A DNA stretch of 64,000 bases from NCBI GenBank assembly GCA_963665005.2, contig CAXXTQ010000001.1:1496382-1560381 (forward strand). Reading direction: 5' to 3'. This document shows positions 20,422 to 29,603 of the stretch, in pieces (position 1 is the first letter of the stretch; the number at the start of each line of letters is the position of its first letter). Under the pieces are notes generated by a model. The model ran no database searches and had not been told where the DNA came from. It saw only the letters and a list, made by a program, of their open reading frames with translations. The position numbers and the translations under genes are program-made. This DNA is from Christensenellaceae bacterium (lineage in GTDB: Bacteria > Bacillota > Clostridia > Christensenellales > SZUA-584).

Positions 20422-21258
20422 ATGACAGATGAAATAAAGATGCTGAAGAAAAAAGCAAATACGATACGTAAAGACATTATTGATATGGTATATCAGTGCG
20501 GATGTGTTGCACACATGGGGCCTTCCTTGTCATGCGCTGATATTGTCACGACGCTATACTTTAAATTTATGCGAATTGATCCGGAGAATCCGAAATGGGA
20601 AGACAGAGACCGATTTATCATGTCAAAGGGACATGCATATACGGTGCTGTATGCCGTGCTCAGTGAACGTGGATATTTTGATAAACAGGAACTGAAAACA
20701 CTGCGCCATATTGGCAGCATGTTGCAGGGGCATCCCGTTATTAACAAAACGCCGGGTGTTGATATGACGAGCGGCTCTCTCGGCAACGGACTTGGTATCG
20801 GAATTGGCATGGCGTATTACCTAAAGCTCAAGGGTAAGGACAGTAAGGTGTTTGTGATACTCGGAGACGGAGAGAGCAACGAAGGCTCCGTATGGGAAGC
20901 AGCTATGCAGGCACCCGTAAGAAAGGTGGACAACCTGATTGCATTCGTGGATCACAACCATCTGCAAAGCAGCGGTAGCTGTGAGGATATTCTCCCGATG
21001 GGATGCCTTGCGGATAAATGGAAGGCGTTTGGATGGAATGTGCTTGAGATGAACGGACACGATATGGCAGATATCGTGAGTAAAATTAATATCGCAGTTA
21101 ATTTCCGTGGTGCTCCAACAGTGCTTATCGCTCATACGATCAAGGGTAAGGGGATCAGCTTTATGGAGAACACAAATGTATGGCATGCTGCGCGGTTGCC
21201 GCAGGACAAGTATGAGATTGCCATTAACGAACTGGAGGAGGAAGCAAAATGGCTGTAG
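20422..21258 (+). CDS. Transketolase, N-terminal subunit
   Basis: GHMGPSLS, SKGH and ILGDGESNEGSVWEA (ThDP-binding GDG motif). Overlaps the next gene by 10 nt. Confidence 0.85.
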   Translation: MTDEIKMLKKKANTIRKDIIDMVYQCGCVAHMGPSLSCADIVTTLYFKFMRIDPENPKWEDRDRFIMSKGHAYTVLYAVLSERGYFDKQELKTLRHIGSMLQGHPVINKTPGVDMTSGSLGNGLGIGIGMAYYLKLKGKDSKVFVILGDGESNEGSVWEAAMQAPVRKVDNLIAFVDHNHLQSSGSCEDILPMGCLADKWKAFGWNVLEMNGHDMADIVSKINIAVNFRGAPTVLIAHTIKGKGISFMENTNVWHAARLPQDKYEIAINELEEEAKWL

Positions 21259-22238
21259 AATTTGATAAGATTACAAACCGAGACGCTTTTGGCAATGTTG
21301 TGGCGGAGCTTGCAGAGAAGAACGAAGATATTATGTTCTTGTTTGGAGATACATCATCAGTTGGTGGAAAGAAGATCCATAATCTATTCCCCAAGCGCGC
21401 GCTCAATGTGGGTATTGCGGAGCAGAACATGACATTGATGGGCGCGGGCATGGCAGCTTGCGGTGCAAAAGTGTTTGTAGCAACGTATGCGGTCTTTGCC
21501 GCAATGCGTATGCTGGAACAGGTGAGAACCTTTGTGGCGTATTCCGATATGGATGTGAAAGTTATTGCGGGTATGGGCGGTATCTCTGCCGGTGAAGAAG
21601 GGGTCACGCATCAGGGAACAGAAGCCGTGAATATCATGAGATGCATCCCAAACATGGTTGTGGTTGTTCCTGCTGACGCGGTATCCACGGAAGTGATTAC
21701 AAGAGCCATTACGGAGTATGTTGGGCCTGTATATATGAGCCTTGGGAAGAACAAATTTCCTAAAGTGTTTGACGATAATTATAAGTTTGAAATTGGTAAA
21801 GCAAACATCATGGAGGCAAACGGGGAGGATGCTGCGATTATCTGCAATGGCCTAGTCGTTTCTGAATGCATACAGGCGCAGCAATTGTTGTGCGAAGCCG
21901 GATATGGCGTGAAACTGATAGAAATGCCCTGCGTAAAGCCGATTGATCGAGATGCGATCAGTTGGGCCGCAAAAGAGTGTGGCTTGATCATCACGGTAGA
22001 GGATAACAACATTATGGGCGGTCTTGGCGGTGCAGTAGCGGAAGTGTTGAGCGAAACCTATGAAGCGAAGCTGTGCCGTATGGGGCTCAATGATCGGTTC
22101 GCTGAATCCGGTAACGAATTTGAATTGCTGGACAAGTATGGCCTGCGCGCTGCTGCGATTGTGGATAAAGTTGAAACAATGATTAAGCATAGAGGTAGCG
22201 CATCAATGCCAATGATCGACATGCCTTTAGAGGAATAA
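21249..22238 (+). CDS. Transketolase, C-terminal subunit (3' end runs into a remnant of another gene)
   Basis: Pyrimidine-binding and C-terminal domains (GIAEQNM ..., THQGTEA). The last 11 codons (MPMIDMPLEE*) copy the start of the esterase gene at 23641. Confidence 0.8.
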   Translation: MAVEFDKITNRDAFGNVVAELAEKNEDIMFLFGDTSSVGGKKIHNLFPKRALNVGIAEQNMTLMGAGMAACGAKVFVATYAVFAAMRMLEQVRTFVAYSDMDVKVIAGMGGISAGEEGVTHQGTEAVNIMRCIPNMVVVVPADAVSTEVITRAITEYVGPVYMSLGKNKFPKVFDDNYKFEIGKANIMEANGEDAAIICNGLVVSECIQAQQLLCEAGYGVKLIEMPCVKPIDRDAISWAAKECGLIITVEDNNIMGGLGGAVAEVLSETYEAKLCRMGLNDRFAESGNEFELLDKYGLRAAAIVDKVETMIKHRGSASMPMIDMPLEE

Positions 22239-22345
22239 ATATGGCAATATAAAAAATAAACCCATGCACAGACGATATTGATGCGTCTTGGGATGAAGCG
22301 AATGTTGAAATAAAAGCAGTTAAGCCTAAAATCAAATATATAATT
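22206..22345 (+). pseudogene. Degenerate duplicate of the first ~47 codons of the CE7 esterase gene
   Basis: MPMIDMPLEE (22206..22235) and, in another frame, PCTDDIDASWDEANVEIKAVKPKIKYI (22262..). These parallel MPMIDMPLEELRQYKGVSLCPDDIDEFWDEAVDEMKAVDSKVELI of 23641... Confidence 0.7.
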
Positions 22346-22373
22346 CGTAAAACATATTAGGAGAATAGTTAAC

Positions 22374-23627
22374 ATGCGATTAACTTCTAGAGAGAGAGTT
22401 CGTAAAGCAATTAATTTTGAAGAACCCGATCGCGTTCCAGTAGGAATCGGCTCAACATTTGTAACCGGCATTCATATGGATGCATATGTCCAATTGGTTA
22501 ACAACATTGGGTTGGATCTCGTGCCTCCTAAAGTGATTGATCAGGGAATGATGGTGATACGACCTGACCTGCAGATAATGGAATGGCTGGGGAGCGATGT
22601 TGTCGGTATTGATAACATAGTACATTGGTGTAATGATTATGCAAATGAAAATTGGAAAGTTTGGAAAAACAATAAGGGAAATGATGTATTGGTGCCCGGA
22701 GGTTTTAACACAGTTAGAGATGACAAGGGCTATACTTATGCAATAGGCAAAGACGGTAAGCCATATGCATATATGAGCCCATACGGTCAATACTTTGAAA
22801 ACACTATTGGAACCAACTTTTCAGATGAAATAGTTTTTGCAGACCCTAAAGAATGGAAGGCCTCACTCCCAGTTTATAAGCAAGAGCATTTGAAATTGCT
22901 TGAAAAGAGAGCCAAGTTTTATCATGAGTATACTAAATACTCGATTAACGGGGGATTCACAAGAAAGCATTTGTTTGGAGCCTCAGGAATAGCAGGGCAT
23001 ACCTATTCCGACCTGCTATGTCTGATAGCTACTGAACCGGAATATCTTGCCTCGATAGTAATGACTCAGACAGAATGGCAATTGGAACAATTAGAGATGT
23101 ATTTACAAGCAGTTGGACCGTATATTGATACCATTCTTATGTCAACAGCTGATTTCGGTGGACAGAATTGCGAGCTATTTAATCCGGAACAATTTAAAAC
23201 AATATATATGCCTGCATTTAAAATACTAAATAATTATGTGCATGGGCATAGCCATGCAAAAACCATGTATCACAGCTGTGGTTCTATTAGAAACATTTTA
23301 AAATATTTTATAGAAGCAGGGGTTGATATTATCAATCCCGTGCAGACATCAGCTAGCGGGATGAACCCTGTAGAACTAAAAAAGGAATTTGGAGATAAGC
23401 TTGTTTTTTGGGGTGGAGGAGTAGATACTCAACAAACATTACCCAATGGGACGCCAGAAGAAGTCCGGCAGGAGGTAAAAGAACGTATTCAGACCTTTGC
23501 ACCAGGCGGAGGGTTCATTTTTTCACCAGTTCATAACTTACAAAGCGATGTTTCTTATAAAAATGTTAAAGCCATGGTAGACGCTGTAAGGGATTTTGGC
23601 GCGTATCCAATCAGCAATAAAAAATAA
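22374..23627 (+). CDS. Uroporphyrinogen-decarboxylase (URO-D) family protein (MtaA/CmuA-like)
   Basis: 417 aa. The C-terminal half (MYHSCGSIRNIL..., GVDIINPVQ, LVFWGGGVDTQ, GGGFIFSPVHN) looks URO-D-like. Confidence 0.65.
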   Translation: MRLTSRERVRKAINFEEPDRVPVGIGSTFVTGIHMDAYVQLVNNIGLDLVPPKVIDQGMMVIRPDLQIMEWLGSDVVGIDNIVHWCNDYANENWKVWKNNKGNDVLVPGGFNTVRDDKGYTYAIGKDGKPYAYMSPYGQYFENTIGTNFSDEIVFADPKEWKASLPVYKQEHLKLLEKRAKFYHEYTKYSINGGFTRKHLFGASGIAGHTYSDLLCLIATEPEYLASIVMTQTEWQLEQLEMYLQAVGPYIDTILMSTADFGGQNCELFNPEQFKTIYMPAFKILNNYVHGHSHAKTMYHSCGSIRNILKYFIEAGVDIINPVQTSASGMNPVELKKEFGDKLVFWGGGVDTQQTLPNGTPEEVRQEVKERIQTFAPGGGFIFSPVHNLQSDVSYKNVKAMVDAVRDFGAYPISNKK

Positions 23628-23640
23628 AGGTGGAGACAAC

Positions 23641-24603
23641 ATGCCAATGATAGATATGCCTCTTGAGGAACTGAGGCAGTACAAAGGGGTTAGCCTATGC
23701 CCGGATGATATTGATGAATTCTGGGATGAAGCCGTTGATGAGATGAAAGCTGTTGATTCAAAAGTAGAACTTATTCCGGCTGAGTTTCAATGTAGCTTTG
23801 CGGAATGCTATCATATGTATTTCTGCGGCGTTGGCGGCGCAAAGATATACGCCAAATATGCAAGGCCGAAGAAGCAAGCGGAGATGCAGCCTGCATTGGT
23901 AAAATTTCATGGATATAGCAGGTCGAGTGGAGACTGGTTCGACTTATTACCATATGCCGCTGAGGGCTTTCATATTGCAGCCATGGACTGCAGAGGTCAA
24001 GCGGGGAAGTCTCAGGATACAGGTGTCGTTAACGGTAATACGCTCGAAGGCCATATTATCAGGGGGCTGGAAGACGGGTCGCGAAAGTTGCTATATCGTT
24101 CTATATTTTTGGACGCCGCACAGCTTGCAGTTATACTTATGGACATGCCCGAAGTCGATGAAGAGAGAGTCGGGTGCTTCGGGCTGAGCCAGGGCGGCGC
24201 GCTGACGTTAGCTTGCGCAAGCTTGGAACCGCGGATAAAGCTCGCGGCAGCGCAATATCCGTTTCTATGTGACTTCAGGCGTGTTTGGGAAATGGATCTT
24301 GATATTAATGCTTATCGGGAAATACAGAACTGGTTTAAGAAAACTGATCCGCTGCATGAACGTGAAAAGGAGCTTTTTGAAACACTAAGCTATATTGATA
24401 TTCAGAATATCATTCATCGAATCAAGGGGCGTGTTTTGATGATTACAGGACTCATGGATGAAATATGCCCGCCCTCTACGCAGTTTGCGGCATATAACAA
24501 GATAGAATCAAAAAAGGAGATGCTCATTTACCCGGATTTTGGGCATGAGTATTTATTTAAGGTCAGCGACAAGATTTTTGAATTTATGTTAAATTTGAAA
24601 TAA
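23641..24603 (+). CDS. Acetyl xylan esterase / cephalosporin-C deacetylase (CE7)
   Basis: Start at ATG 23641 behind AAAGGTGGAG. GxSQGG nucleophile elbow (GLSQGG), and a C-terminal D...H (GLMDEICPP, FGHE). Confidence 0.8.
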   Translation: MPMIDMPLEELRQYKGVSLCPDDIDEFWDEAVDEMKAVDSKVELIPAEFQCSFAECYHMYFCGVGGAKIYAKYARPKKQAEMQPALVKFHGYSRSSGDWFDLLPYAAEGFHIAAMDCRGQAGKSQDTGVVNGNTLEGHIIRGLEDGSRKLLYRSIFLDAAQLAVILMDMPEVDEERVGCFGLSQGGALTLACASLEPRIKLAAAQYPFLCDFRRVWEMDLDINAYREIQNWFKKTDPLHEREKELFETLSYIDIQNIIHRIKGRVLMITGLMDEICPPSTQFAAYNKIESKKEMLIYPDFGHEYLFKVSDKIFEFMLNLK

Positions 24604-24613
24604 GAGGATCATT

Positions 24614-25567
24614 ATGATAAAAGAAAAAAAGATACTTGTCGTCGGTAGCATGAATATGGATTTGATTGTAACCACTAATCGTTTCCCGGCGGAAGGAGAG
24701 ACGGTGCTGGGATGCAATTTCAATACCGCCCCGGGAGGTAAAGGCGCGAATCAGGCTGTACAGGCAGCAAAGCTTGGTGCGCAGGTCGATATGGTCGGGT
24801 GCGTGGGGAAAGACCTGTATGGGCAAACGTTATTACAGTCTGTTAAAGATCAAGGAGTCGGTATTGATAATGTACAGACCGATGAAACAATACCAACAGC
24901 GGTTGCAAATATACTCATCGAGACGAAGGCTGACGGCAAGAGCCAGAATAGGATTATTGTTGTACCGGGTGCCAATATGGCATTAACACCCGTTTCAGTA
25001 TCGTTTCTCAAAGAAAGTATCAGCGAATACGATATGATTCTTCTGCAAATGGAAATATCGATGGATGTCAATGAAGCTGTCATTGATATTGCCGCAGATG
25101 CTGGTATCCCTGTATTGCTCAATCCGGCTCCTGCGAATCCGATTAAAGATAAGGTGCTGCAAAAACTTACATATTTAGTGCCTAACGAAACTGAGGCAAC
25201 CGTACTTACAGGCATTCGTATACGGGATGAGGAGGAGAGGATATGCCTTGAGTCTGCCGAAAGAGCAGCAAAAGCATTACTTTCCCGTGGTGTCAAAAAC
25301 GTCATTATCACGCTTGGCGATGCTGGTGCAATCTGCGTAGCTAAAGATAGTATGGACTATTGTCCAAGTGTAGAGAATATTACAGCAGTCGACCCGACCG
25401 CAGCTGGTGATTCATTTATAGGAGCTTTTGCAGTTGCTAAGTGTGAAGGCATGTCAAATTATGAGGCTATGCGCTTTGCCTGTCGTGCAGCTGCAATCAC
25501 TGTATCCCGAAAGGGCGCTCAGCCGTCACTACCAACAAAGGAGGAAGTACTTCAATTTAACGCATAG
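24614..25567 (+). CDS. rbsK: Ribokinase (PfkB family)
   Basis: GGKGANQAV and DPTAAGDSFIGAF motifs; 317 aa. Confidence 0.85.
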   Translation: MIKEKKILVVGSMNMDLIVTTNRFPAEGETVLGCNFNTAPGGKGANQAVQAAKLGAQVDMVGCVGKDLYGQTLLQSVKDQGVGIDNVQTDETIPTAVANILIETKADGKSQNRIIVVPGANMALTPVSVSFLKESISEYDMILLQMEISMDVNEAVIDIAADAGIPVLLNPAPANPIKDKVLQKLTYLVPNETEATVLTGIRIRDEEERICLESAERAAKALLSRGVKNVIITLGDAGAICVAKDSMDYCPSVENITAVDPTAAGDSFIGAFAVAKCEGMSNYEAMRFACRAAAITVSRKGAQPSLPTKEEVLQFNA

Positions 25568-25723
25568 ATACAAAACACATGAAGGAACAAACGATCTGTC
25601 TTTGCTCCCTTCTATATATTTATATGATAAGGGCAAACTTGCCAAAAGGCAAGGACGCAAAGCCACAGGGTCTAAGATGCGAATGCATTATGACAGCCTG
25701 GCCACCGCCAAAAGATTATGTTG

Positions 25724-25750
25724 ACCTGCCCTGATGCGGCAGGTTTTCTT
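25724..25750 (+). terminator. Hairpin plus T-tract at the AT-rich to GC-rich transition
   Basis: ACCTGCC-ctgatgc-GGCAGGT followed by TTTCTT. Confidence 0.45.
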
Positions 25751-26158
25751 GTCATAGGCTAGTACATAGGCGCTACCCGTCAAAGAAAAAAACGTAAGAT
25801 TGGCGGGCCTTTTTTCCATGCTTGAATAACGAACATAGCCCTTCGAGCTTACGGGTTTGGCGGGTATTTTCATGTGCATCCTTCGTGCCGAAAAACCAGT
25901 AAAGCCGTTACTTAATGGCGGCGCGGCGTGATGAAGCGGACTTCATCTTTTGTATCGCTATAATCGGTAAACAAAGCTGTTCTGAGCCTATAATTTACTA
26001 TACCCTTTCATGTAAATTTACGGATAATATAAGATATCTCCACCCATTTCCCCGGTTGACAATTGTCCAGCCGGGTTTTTTTGTACCCGTATTTTCACGT
26101 TGCCGTTCGCCTCCTGCTCTTTCTGAATTTACCAAAACATTCAGAAAGGACAGAAGCC

Positions 26159-26593
26159 ATGCAAATATATATTAAAATCAATGAGCGAACCGTGTCGGTG
26201 GATGTTTCCGTTGAAGTGTACGAATACATTGATCAAGCCAATCATAAAACCGAAAACTTAACCCATGAAAAGCGGCGGCATTGGGATGATCGAGAATATG
26301 ACGAAGCCACAATATTTCACGAATGCAATCGAAGCTACACCGAAACGCCGGAGCAATGGCTTATCCGCAAGGAAACCTTCCAGGAAATCGCGGAAGCGCT
26401 GGAGAGCTGTACAGAAGTACAGCGTCGGCGCTTTTTACTTTTTGCGTTGGAAGGGTTGAGCTATTCCGAGATTGCAAAGCGCTGCGACTGCTCCAAGGGC
26501 GCCGTGCAGGACAGCATAGAAGCGGTACGAAAAAAGTGCAAAGATTTTTTGAATAGAGACCCTACGAAACGCGATTTTCGGGCTATACAGTGA
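26159..26593 (+). CDS. Sigma-70 region-4-like HTH protein
   Basis: Start at ATG 26159 behind AAAGGA. The C-terminus reads RRRFLLFALEGLSYSEIAKRCDCSKGAVQDSIEAVRKK. Confidence 0.6.
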   Translation: MQIYIKINERTVSVDVSVEVYEYIDQANHKTENLTHEKRRHWDDREYDEATIFHECNRSYTETPEQWLIRKETFQEIAEALESCTEVQRRRFLLFALEGLSYSEIAKRCDCSKGAVQDSIEAVRKKCKDFLNRDPTKRDFRAIQ

Positions 26594-26679
26594 GGGGCTT
26601 TTTGCCCTATCACATTCGCGAGAGGGACAGGCAGTTTTCCAAGCTGCACTGTCCCTCTTGCTGTTTGGAGGTTTAGCCC

Positions 26680-27111
26680 ATGCAAATCATCAATCTGCGC
26701 AAACAGTACCCTGGTCTCTATACCGAGGACGTGTTTTTGGAAGTCTCCGACGACGTGGCCGAGGACATACTGTTGGCGACCCGTCAGGAGAACAACTACC
26801 GCCAACGCACATTCCGGCATAAGGCATACTACTCTCTTGACCGAGGCGACGGTATTGAAAACGATGCGCTTCATTTTACACCTTCGCCCGAAGAAATCTT
26901 TCTCCGGCAGGTATCGCTGGAACAGCTTCAGGAAGCCATCAACCACCTACCGCCTATCCAGATGCGGCGCGTTTACGCACATTACATTCTTGGAATGAAG
27001 AAGGTGGACATCGCCCGCGCCGAAGGCGTGTGCGGCAGTGGCGTATGTTCCACAATTCAGGCGGGCTTGAAGAATCTTCGGCGCTATTTTGAGAAGAAAA
27101 AATGGAAATAA
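26680..27111 (+). CDS. Sigma-70 region-4-like HTH protein (second copy type)
   Basis: LPPIQMRRVYAHYILGMKKVDIARAEGVCGSGVCSTIQAGLKNL, with a GGAGG RBS. Confidence 0.6.
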   Translation: MQIINLRKQYPGLYTEDVFLEVSDDVAEDILLATRQENNYRQRTFRHKAYYSLDRGDGIENDALHFTPSPEEIFLRQVSLEQLQEAINHLPPIQMRRVYAHYILGMKKVDIARAEGVCGSGVCSTIQAGLKNLRRYFEKKKWK

Positions 27112-27123
27112 AGGAGGATGACA

Positions 27124-27360
27124 ATGGAAAAGTACAAAGAACAAATTGAGTCGGTTCAGGAGAAAATCCGACAGCTTAAAAACCGCCAGAAGGTATTGCT
27201 GAGAAAGCAATCCGACGCCGAACGTAAGGCGCGGACGCGCCGCCTCATTGAGCGCGGAGCCATTTTGGAGAGCGTTTTCCCCGAAGTCGTATCCATGACG
27301 AACGAAAAGGTGAAGGCGTTTTTGGAGAAAATGCGGCGTCCTAATGAGAGCATGGAGTAG
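27124..27360 (+). CDS. Small coiled-coil protein (DUF3847-like)
   Basis: MEKYKEQIESVQEKIRQLKNRQKVLLRKQSDAERKARTRRLIERGAILES. This protein type commonly precedes MobA/MobL relaxases; the assignment is from memory. Confidence 0.5.
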   Translation: MEKYKEQIESVQEKIRQLKNRQKVLLRKQSDAERKARTRRLIERGAILESVFPEVVSMTNEKVKAFLEKMRRPNESME

Positions 27361-27374
27361 CTGCCGGTTCCGTA

Positions 27375-27399
27375 GGCGCACTTATGCACCCTTACGGGT
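27375..27399 (-). other. Putative oriT core (MobQ-type nick region preceded by a small hairpin)
   Basis: The minus strand reads ACCCgtaaGGGT-gca-TAAGTGCGCC. TAAGTGCGCC matches the RSF1010/R1162-type nick-region core (AAGTGCGCCCT, recalled from memory). It lies about 155 nt upstream of the relaxase gene. Confidence 0.45.
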
Positions 27400-27551
27400 T
27401 CGTGCGCTCTGCGAGGCTTGCGCTCTGACGAGCGCGATGGGGAGCTACACTCCCCAAACCTCTTGTGTCCTCACAGCCGGGCGCATCCTCTCTGCGGAGA
27501 ATACGTCCGGCATGAGGTCTATCGCCCGCCGCTACGAAGGAAGGTAAACGT

Positions 27552-28985
27552 ATGGCGATCTATCATTGCAGCATCAAAATCATAAAACGCAGCCAAGGCC
27601 GGAGCGCCGTGGCGGCGGCCGCCTACCGAAGCGGAAAAAAGCTGACCAACGAGTGGGACGGTATGACCCATGATTACACCCGCAAAGGTGGCGTTGTTCA
27701 TACGGAAATACTATTGCCCAGATATGCGCCCCCGGCGTTTCAAGACCGCTCCGCTCTTTGGAACAGAGTGGAGGTAATTGAGAAAAGCCGTAATGCCCAG
27801 CTCGCTCGCGAGATTGAAATCGCCCTGCCGGTGGAACTGAGCCGAAAAGAACAAATCAGTCTTGTCCGTGACTATATCCAAAATACTTTTGTGTCAGTGG
27901 GAATGTGCGCGGACGTGGCCATTCACGACAAAGGCGACGGCAATCCGCACGCACATATTCTGCTGACCATGCGCCCATTCAAGGAGGACGGCTCATGGGA
28001 CGCAAAGTGCATGAAGGAATATGATCTCGACAAACATGGGCAGCGTATCCGGCTGAAAAGCGGCGTGTTCAAAAGCCATCGAGTGGATACCACCGACTGG
28101 AACGAATCGACCAAAGCCGAAGCATGGCGAGCGGCATGGGCCGTATATGCCAATCGCATTTTTGAGGAAAAAGGGCTGTCGGAGCGTATCGACCACCGCA
28201 GCTATGAACGTCAGGGCGTAGAGCAGATGCCGACCGCCCACATGGGCGTGGCCGCGACGCAGATGGAACGCCGGGGCATTCATACCGATAAGGGCGGCGT
28301 CAATCGGGAGATTGCCGCTCAGAACAAATTGCTGAAAAAAATCAAGGCGCGTCTGACCCGGCTTTATAACTGGTCAAAGGAGCAAGCCGCACAGCCTGGC
28401 AAAAAGCGCAGTGTTTTGGAACAACTCCGGCAGGCACAAAACACGATACAAACCGCTCCTACCTATGGCAAGGCCAGGGCGCGCAATGAGGACGTGGCGC
28501 TGTTCAATCTTCTGCAAGAGAGAAAGATATCGTCTATACCGATACTACATGAAAAAATCTCCGATATGAACCGCGAGTATTACTCTCTGCGGGGAAAGAT
28601 TGCGAGCATCGAGCGCGAGCTTGGCAAACTCAATGAGCGACTTTCAATGTGGGAGCAGTACGAGGAAAACAAGAATGTATATCAGCAGCTTGCAACCTTG
28701 AAACCGGGTGTGCGGGATTCCTTCTCAGAAAAGCACCGTGTTGAACTGATCCTATTTGATTCCGCAGCCAACTACTTTGATGAGATGAAAGCCTTGGTCG
28801 AGGCCATTGAGCCGAAGAAATGGCGGGCGGAAATTGAACGATTGACAGCTCATAAGGATTCTCTTTTCCAGCAGGTAAAAGACATGCGCGGAGACATTGC
28901 GCTTTTGGAGAAATTTCGCAAGTCCGCCGAGGGTATTCCAAGCGGCAGAAAACCAATGACTAAGGAGTCTGAATATGAACGTTAA
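27552..28985 (+). CDS. MobA/MobL-family (MobQ-type) relaxase
   Basis: N-terminus MAIYHCSIKIIKRSQGRSAVAAAAYRSG and the His motif GNPHAHILLT, with a coiled-coil C-terminal half. Confidence 0.85.
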   Translation: MAIYHCSIKIIKRSQGRSAVAAAAYRSGKKLTNEWDGMTHDYTRKGGVVHTEILLPRYAPPAFQDRSALWNRVEVIEKSRNAQLAREIEIALPVELSRKEQISLVRDYIQNTFVSVGMCADVAIHDKGDGNPHAHILLTMRPFKEDGSWDAKCMKEYDLDKHGQRIRLKSGVFKSHRVDTTDWNESTKAEAWRAAWAVYANRIFEEKGLSERIDHRSYERQGVEQMPTAHMGVAATQMERRGIHTDKGGVNREIAAQNKLLKKIKARLTRLYNWSKEQAAQPGKKRSVLEQLRQAQNTIQTAPTYGKARARNEDVALFNLLQERKISSIPILHEKISDMNREYYSLRGKIASIERELGKLNERLSMWEQYEENKNVYQQLATLKPGVRDSFSEKHRVELILFDSAANYFDEMKALVEAIEPKKWRAEIERLTAHKDSLFQQVKDMRGDIALLEKFRKSAEGIPSGRKPMTKESEYER

Positions 28986-29171
28986 AATACACCTCAAAAT
29001 GATACCGAAAGAGAACATTCGCATATCCATCTATCCTATCCCTATCCATCCATCTCCCGTTCTTGAAAAGGAGCCTACAATGACGAAATACCCTAAGAAT
29101 GATACCGAAAAGCGACAGAAAATCCGTGATGCCGTTATATGCCTCCGTCACGGTTCAAAGGAGTGTTTGCT

Positions 29172-29357
29172 ATGCCGAGGATGAGCAAGAAGCGGAAGCT
29201 GGAATGGGCGTACTTTCTCAATCATCGGAACCGCATCAACTACAACGAACTGTGCCGGAAATGCGTTCATAGCTGCAAGCAGAGCTTTCGGGCTGAGGTG
29301 ATGGCATGCCCGCGCTATCAGTCCAAGCGCGCCAAGGAGGGCCGTCATGAATCATGA
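29172..29357 (+). CDS. Small cysteine-rich hypothetical protein
   Basis: MPRMSKKRKLEWAYFLNHRNRINYNELCRKCVHSCKQ...ACPRY, with ATG 29172 behind AAAGGAG. Confidence 0.45.
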   Translation: MPRMSKKRKLEWAYFLNHRNRINYNELCRKCVHSCKQSFRAEVMACPRYQSKRAKEGRHES

Positions 29358-29532
29358 TAACAGCCAAAAGATAAAAGGGTTAGTACCAGCCGGAAAAAGA
29401 AAAGGTAATACGCGGTTCGTCGTGGTGCGTGAATACCAAGGGAACCAAAGTATGCAATCCGCTTTCCGGCAGGTCGTCGAAAACCGTGTATGCGAGCAGT
29501 ATGAGCAATGGATGGAGCGAAAATCCGAATAG
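29347..29532 (+). CDS. Small hypothetical protein (TnpW-like size and position)
   Basis: 61 aa, overlapping the previous gene by 11 nt and lying directly upstream of the recombinase. The family call is tentative. Confidence 0.35.
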   Translation: MNHDNSQKIKGLVPAGKRKGNTRFVVVREYQGNQSMQSAFRQVVENRVCEQYEQWMERKSE

Positions 29533-29603
29533 CGGAATTGAAAAAACGACGGGGACATGGTATAATTCCGGTATCGTGTCCCTGTTCATTTAAGGAGAAC
29601 CAA

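Noticed and set aside
22058-22471. 137-aa minus-strand ORF spanning the tkt / URO-D intergenic region
   Set aside because: It overlaps both flanking plus-strand genes. The region is better explained by the degenerate esterase 5' remnant.
25428-25724. 98-aa ORF overlapping the ribokinase 3' end
   Set aside because: Most of it is an alternative frame of rbsK. Only its last ~30 codons (KGKLAKRQGRKATGSKMRMHYDSLATAKRLC) lie in intergenic GC-rich DNA. They might be a gene remnant, but I cannot identify it.
26461-27381. Minus-strand ORFs of 161 and 144 aa in the GC-rich module
   Set aside because: They are antisense to well-supported HTH and DUF3847-like genes that have good RBSs. Long spurious ORFs are expected in G+C-rich DNA.
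28975-29184. 69-aa ORF between the relaxase and the Cys-rich protein
   Set aside because: It overlaps the relaxase stop and the next gene's RBS, has no convincing RBS and reads as low-complexity sequence. It is left unannotated.
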